Assembly (NCBI GenBank): GCA_047495785.1
Contig: JBLDXI010000055.1
Span: 186,001 to 250,000, forward strand
Direction: 5' to 3'
Source: Lepidodermella squamata
Taxonomy: Eukaryota > Animalia > Gastrotricha
Length of the DNA stretch: 64,000 nucleotides
In this document: positions 56,252 through 64,000 of the stretch, in pieces
How positions within the stretch are numbered: the first letter of the stretch is position 1
How the letters are laid out: each line of letters begins with the position of its first letter
The notes under the pieces: generated by a model
What the model saw: the letters and a program-made list of their open reading frames with translations, nothing else
Databases searched by the model: none
What the model was told of the DNA's origin: nothing
Program-made: the position numbers and the translations under genes

Positions 56252-57017
56252 TCTATATACTATTATTGTTATTGAATAAAGAAAATAGGAAGAGACTATG
56301 TCTGGTATCTATATACACAAACAGGCGCACACATTTCGGCGCTCAGCGAATGCCTGGCCTCATTTTTGCGGTTTCTGCAGGGCCAGTAGAACCGCATCTA
56401 AACAGGAAGGCGCGTATTTATTAGTTAGGCTCACGTTTAACCTACGGGCTCGATAGATACTTGTTGTATAAATAATAATATTATAGGTTTCATTGGCGTA
56501 TTGAGAATGCAATTACGATGAGACGACGAATCGCCCCGACTAACCAATGATGTTATTTAGTTTTAAGGTAGTTAAGGGAGTTATACGGGTAAAAATGGCT
56601 AGTTATTAGTCGAAGGTTAGAGTCGGTTATAGTGCGCTGTTGTAAACTGGAAATATTAATACAATATAAATATAAATAGGCGTACAGACGCGTACGCAAC
56701 TTCTCATTTTGTGCGCGCGGGCCGGAATTAGTGGGGGCTGGCCTCGTCGGTTTTTATTACCGACCGCTCGCGCCCAGTTTACGGCCTTTTATTTCCCGTT
56801 AGCGCGCAGGCATCACTTACACGTAGGTATCGTGCGCGCTACATAATGACTCGCGTTTTCAAATGACCGGCGTTAAAATAGCTTCTAGTTTTAAAAATAT
56901 CAATGTGCGGTGTGTTGCGTTTTCATCTATGTTTTTATCTATCCATCTCGTTCGGTCGCATCATCAATAGCAGCGTGCAATAAAACGACACCGCGCCCGG
57001 TTGTGGCGCCTGGCTAG
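56252..57017 (+). mobile_element. Non-autonomous Helitron-like element (~766 bp)
   Basis: 5' A|TCTATATACTATTAT; 3' GCGCC-cggttgt-GGCGC hairpin then CTAG|T; A-T insertion site with no target duplication. Confidence 0.55.
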
Positions 57018-58276
57018 TCGCGTCGATGACCTACAGTCGCGAACTACAGCGCTATCACTTTATACCATTTCTTACAAAAACCAGTCCCTCTCAAGTTTGC
57101 ACTCACTAGTAGGATATATCTAGGGCAATATCGTATTAATTTTCAATTGCTATAGCAATAAAATCACTCACATTGTCTAAAATTTACGACTGATCACGGT
57201 TATTCGTTGCACATTACTTGTGATGCACGTTTTCATCCCACAATATAACTGCACGTGGCTATTTGTTAATCACAATTTGTTTCTTTCTGTATCGTTTTGC
57301 TATAGGTCGGCTTCTTTTCGCCATTTTGCAAATGATGCGTTGAATGCCCTGCCCACTCGGGAGCGAAATTTGGCGAAACGAATCGACGCTATCGCATAAC
57401 CTCATTTTCACCTTTCTCTTCAGGCCTCACGTTAATTAGGCGGCAAAATTTAGGTTTGCCCCAAGTTACCTTGCAATACTTGAATTTTTATGATCTGAAG
57501 TTTTTCAAAGGCTTTCTTTAAATGTAGTGGTTTGTACGGCCGGACTGTTGGCAATTTGCGTTCAATGTATTTCGAAAATGACGTCAGCATATTGCACACA
57601 TCCCGGCCTGACAGATCCTACATGATGCATAGAAGTTATTGAACATTCATATGTGGTCAATTTTGGGTGTCTAAACAATTTCACTAGGCGTTGATTTACC
57701 CTTTTGTTGTTTTGCTTTCCATTTTGCTAAACTGATTTCAGTAATTTTATATAGCGACCATCCGGAATGATATAACGAGCTTTCATCGACGATTATTTCA
57801 TTTTATTGAACTTCGATTTATTCCAGCTGATTTTATTTCAAGTATCGAATTTAAGCTTGAAAGTTTAATCGAAACGAATATTCGAAAAAAGTCGATTGCC
57901 GCAACATCACTGCATCAGTTGACATTTCGATTGCCATGATTTTGTCAAGTTGAAATAAAATTGCGAAAGTGACCGATATTTACCGACTGTTAAAAAATGA
58001 TAGCCATGTGCGGGTTATTTTGTTTCTCGCAGTTATCGAATGATGATAGATGACAGGTAATCTGATCGATTACACGTGTTGAGTCGGTTTCAAGGCGTTT
58101 CGACAAAGAATTTCCAACCACAGCTCGCATCATGAGCCCATTCGCTATCAACATGTTATCTTATCGTAGCTTTCACCCTCTATCCGCCCTGGGATCGGAG
58201 CTCCTAAGTCATATTATCAGATGAAAGCATTCAGTATGAGCTACCATAGCTATATTCATCAGCAAGCTGTTTCAGA

Positions 58277-59677
<1,401 letters not shown>

Positions 59678-60534
59678 ATAAAAATCTAACCTCTTTCTCA
59701 ATAAAAATTCGAAAAAATATAAAAAATGTGTCTAGATTGGGACATCCCAAGTCCCAAGGTCCAGAAAGCAACACATGAATACTTAACGCTAACAAGGGAA
59801 TAATAGCTCATTGATGGGGACTATATGATCGAGTCATGATGTCCTTTTTGATTGTTGATGAAGCTGGTATTCAGGTGATTAGACAGGGCACATCCCCATA
59901 TCAGGAATATGACTGTTTAAGATTTGTCAGCGATGATCGGTAATAGATCATGCGAAGATTCTACCATCTCATTCGTTTGCGGCTACCGAGTTCAATCTCT
60001 GTTCTAAGCGGATGGTTTCAAATTTCCATGCAAATTTCAGCTTGCCAGCTTATTTTTGATTCGAATTTCTTTAGACAATTTCGTGAACTGAAACTAAAAC
60101 TTGCTGGTTCAATTTTGAGAGATTCTCTGAACGAAACAACGAAGCAAATAAAACTTGAACCATGAGCTATTCGAGCCAGGGTTCGTCCTAATATTCCTAC
60201 TTTCTGACATTTTCGTTGCTCATCAGATTCACGTCTCACCTTATCACTTGACTATGCTTGTTTGTTTTAGGACAAGAGGTAGGTCAGTTATTTTTTTTGT
60301 TTAATTTTCGATTGAATCACCATGTCAACTTAGAACCCTTGCCAGCTTTTTATCGCCGACGTGTCATTAAGATAAAATCATACGTTCGTGTTGACAAGGA
60401 CCCCTTTGGCCAGCATTTAAAAAATGAGTTGTTTTATAAGGGTCAAAATCGCGAATAGCCTCGCCTAAATTGCGGTGCAAATGCAAATTTGGAGTCATGT
60501 GAGTTCGTCCTAGTGCGCCTTTTCCGGGTTTCGA

Positions 60535-60663
60535 TGTTATCTTAAAAGCCTTTTTCTCAAGGCGAAGAAGTGCGCTCACCCCTTATCTTAATGCCTTGTT
60601 GTTTTTGCGCACTGAGCGCAACTTCTGGGCCAGGACAAAGTTCAGATTTGCGCCTATTTAAAC
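60535..60663 (+). promoter_or_regulatory. Cathepsin L copy B promoter: GATA sites, HNF4-like DR1, TATA
   Basis: TTATCT twice, GGACAAAGTTCA (~60633), CTATTTAAA (~60654). Confidence 0.5.
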
Positions 60664-60724
60664 CGAACGGAAAACCAGCGTTTTCATAAGTCAGATTCTG
60701 TTCTAATAGTAAAAACATTCGACA

Positions 60725-61816
60725 ATGCTCTCCGCTGTCGCCTTCGCCGCTTTCATCGCCGTCGCTTCGTGCACTCCTCTCATCGGTGGCAACCACCCTG
60801 AGATGCAGCTGAACGCTAGCCTGAACCACGAATGGAACCTCTACAAGGAGATCCACCAGAAGAACTACGAAAGCGCTGATGTTGAAATGCGCCGGTGAGT
60901 GTTCACTCAATACTGCAATTACATGAAATAAAACCAATGCTTCTCTTTTAGCCGCCTCGCCTGGGAAGACAACCTGAAGATCATCGAAGCCCACAACAAG
61001 CTGTACGCTGCTGGCCTCAAGAGCTACAGACTCGGCCCCAACCGCTATGCTGACTTGACCAACGAAGAGTTCAGACAGGAGGTTTTGATGCCCGCTCGTG
61101 ACATGACCCAGCGCGACCGCCCCCTGAACCTCGGCCACTTCGGTGAGAACCCGACCGTCTCCGCGCCGACCTCTGTCGACTGGCGCAAGAAGGGCTACGT
61201 CACCCCCGTCAAGGATCAAGGCCAATGCGGCTCGTGCTGGTCTTTCTCCACCACCGGCTCCGTTGAAGGCCAACACTTCAAGGCCACCGGCAAGTTGGTC
61301 TCGCTCTCTGAGCAGAACCTTATGGATTGCTCCGTCCCCGAGGGCAACCAGGGCTGCGATGGCGGTCTGATGGATCAGGCTTTCGAATACATCATCAAGA
61401 ACAAGGGTATTGACACCGAAGCCTCGTACCCGTACGAAGCTCAGGATGGCCAGTGCCGCTTCAACCGCAAGAACGTTGCTGCCACCATCTCCTCGTACAA
61501 GGATATTCCCCAGGGTGATGAGACCTCGCTCACCGCTGCCATCGCCTCAGTCGGCCCGATCTCGGTCGCGATTGATGCCTCGCAGAACTCCTTCCAGCTG
61601 TACACCGATGGTGTCTACGATGAACCCATGTGCTCGTCGACCCAGCTCGACCACGGTGTCCTCGCTGTCGGTTACGGAACCTCGGGCGGCAATGACTACT
61701 ACATTGTCAAGAACTCGTGGGGTGGTGACTGGGGTATGCAAGGCTACATCTGGATGAGCCGTAACAAGGACAACCAGTGCGGTATTGCCACCGCTGCCAG
61801 CTACCCGATCGTCTAA
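60725..61816 (+). CDS. CTSL: Cathepsin L, copy B (one intron, 60895-60951)
   Basis: Signal peptide, prodomain, [28 protein letters not shown]; strong C-ending codon bias. Confidence 0.95.
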
Positions 61817-62464
61817 AAAGCGATTGTAACACAATATATACAGACTTTATAAGTGCCTTTCATGGACAATATAGCAATGACTTTTTGAGCAATAAAAGTG
61901 ATTTTATGGCAAACACAGATATATTTTCGACAATAATCATCGGTGAACAACGAGGAATACTTAACCAATCGCCAGAAACTCGGCTTGAACTATGTTGACC
62001 TCTGCCCTATGTGCAAGGCTGGAAAAGCAGAATAGACGAGAGTTTTTCCAAAATAACGCAAAATAATAGTGCTCAGATTTTTTCTATTTGTTTCTGGATG
62101 CCATCATACTTTTAATGTTATATGGGACTTCTATATATAAGTGTTTCTTTGTTTTTCTTCATTATTTTCCATTCTACTTATCTTAACCAATCAATCATCT
62201 GAATTGATCTGAAGAAAATGACCAAGGTGTACATTGTACAATCATGTCCATCCGAGTGATCCTATGTATGCAACTCTTTCAATTTAGGTCAGATTTGGGC
62301 TGGCACCGTGGATAAAATCCCTACTCAGCACATTTTCGCTTGTTGGCACCAACTTCCGGCCCCTTGCGCGCTGTAATCTTGCTCAAATAAACGGTTTAAT
62401 TTTTTATCAAAAGTGCGCTTTTTGGCGAACGAAATGACCCGACGGTCCGCAGTGACGGCTACGA

Positions 62465-62630
62465 TTTGATAAGATAATAACTCGTCAATTAGCTATTTCC
62501 TGTTTCGATGGCCTGGCTGGCTGTGCCAATTTGCATGAATAATGACCGAACTCTGGCCGCTTATCTCTTCAAAAAACACGACTTGCCGGTGCTCAAGGCC
62601 TTCTCGGGTAAAGTCCGCGGGTATAAAAGC
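62465..62630 (+). promoter_or_regulatory. Cathepsin L copy C promoter: GATA sites and TATA
   Basis: TGATAAGATAA (62468), CTTATCT (62560), TATAAAA (62622). Confidence 0.55.
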
Positions 62631-62675
62631 TCCCTGAATTTTCGACGAGCATAAGTTTTTCTTTTATCCTTAAAC

Positions 62676-63730
62676 ATGTTCAAGACCGCCTGCATTCTCG
62701 CCGTAGCTCTCGCCCTCGCCTCGTGCAACCCTTTTGAAGAGGTTGACATGTGGCAGAGCTTCCGTCAGACCCACAACAAGGTCTACGAAAGCGAAGCCGA
62801 AGCCCTGTTCCGCCAGCAAGTCTTCAACGAAAATCTCAGGTACATCGAGAACCACAACCGCGAAGCTGATGCTGGTCTGCACACCTATTACCTCGGCCTG
62901 AACGAATACGCCGATATGACGAACGAAGAGTTCCAGGCCGTCATGCTCGCCACCAAGGTTGACTTGACCAAAAAGTTGCGCAACCCTGTCGACGAAAGCC
63001 TGAAGAACGTCCGCGACTTGCCAACTGAAGTCGACTGGCGCCCGAAGGGTTACGTCACTGGCATCAAGAACCAGGGTCAATGCGGCTCGTGCTGGTCTTT
63101 CTCAGCCACTGGTTCAGTCGAAGGCCAACACTTCAAGGCTACTGGCAAGTTGGTCTCGCTCTCTGAGCAGAACCTCGTCGACTGCTCGACTCCTCAGGGC
63201 AACGAAGGTTGCAACGGTGGATTGATGGACCAAGCCTTCCAATACATCATCAGCAACCAGGGTATTGACACCGAAGCCTCGTACCCGTACGAAGCTCGCG
63301 ATGGCAAATGCCGATTCAACAAGGCCAACGTCGCCGCCACCATTTCGTCCTTCAAGGACATCCCGACTGGCAACGAAACTGCGCTGGCTGCTGCCGTTGC
63401 CACCGTTGGCCCGATCTCAGTCGCCATTGATGCATCGAAATTGTCATTCCAGTTCTACCGCAAGGGTGTCTACAATAAGAAGCGCTGCTCGTCCACTGAG
63501 CTCGACCACGGCGTCCTCGCTGTCGGTTACGGAAGCGACAACGGTAATAACTACTGGCTCGTCAAGAACTCATGGGGAACTTCGTAAGTGATTTTGCATG
63601 AATACATTCATCATTCATTTCATGTTACTCTCTATTTTCCAGTTGGGGCCAACAGGGCTACATCTGGATGTCCAAGGACAAGAACAACCAATGCGGCATT
63701 GCCACCTCTGCCAGCTACCCGATCGTCTAA
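62676..63730 (+). CDS. CTSL: Cathepsin L, copy C (one intron, 63584-63642)
   Basis: [17 protein letters not shown] signal peptide, [42 protein letters not shown]. Confidence 0.95.
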
Positions 63731-64000
63731 TTAGCAGCAGATAATATCACCTATGATGAAAAGACTCCATTTTACCAAGCTCTGATAAGATAATTGTGTA
63801 CTTATATTCGCATCTACTCCTTAAAAATGCGAATAAAAATTATTTCAGCATACAAAAACTGGATTTTTTGTTTTTTGTATTAGATTCCTTTCATCAGGCT
63901 CGCGAGCACTAGCGGCACGCGCGACCATGAAAAATAATATGATGACCGCTTCATCATTCATAACAGCTTTAATTGGCGTCGAAAAATTGTGATCGCTGCT

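Noticed and set aside
60557-63080. Long minus-strand ORFs over the cathepsins
   Set aside because: Antisense shadows caused by strong codon bias.

Overview
Gene-dense stretch of a compact animal (probably invertebrate) nuclear genome with mostly 40-65 bp spliceosomal introns; it is not prokaryotic. Left arm, minus strand: two tandem DOPA decarboxylases, DCAF17, three MPPED-like metallophosphoesterases interleaved with an atypical TQY MAP kinase, and UBR5. A complete 7SL/SRP RNA gene lies antisense inside an unusually long DDC intron, with a non-canonical UAAC helix-8 loop. Middle: LRRC71, TMEM138, TUBGCP2 and a giant unannotated cupredoxin-repeat/FN3/thioredoxin-like gene. Right: a C2H2 zinc-finger gene, phenylalanine hydroxylase, a ~7 kb gene-poor interval with a probable Helitron and a decayed ORF, and three cathepsin L paralogues, one catalytically dead. 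Best leads: the unusual SRP RNA, an unexplained structured ~370-nt segment carrying a (CCCCTAA)2 telomere-template-like tract, a possible operon, a 2-nt microexon, the giant modular protein and the pseudo-cathepsin. All exon boundaries and family calls were read by eye; no database searches were run.
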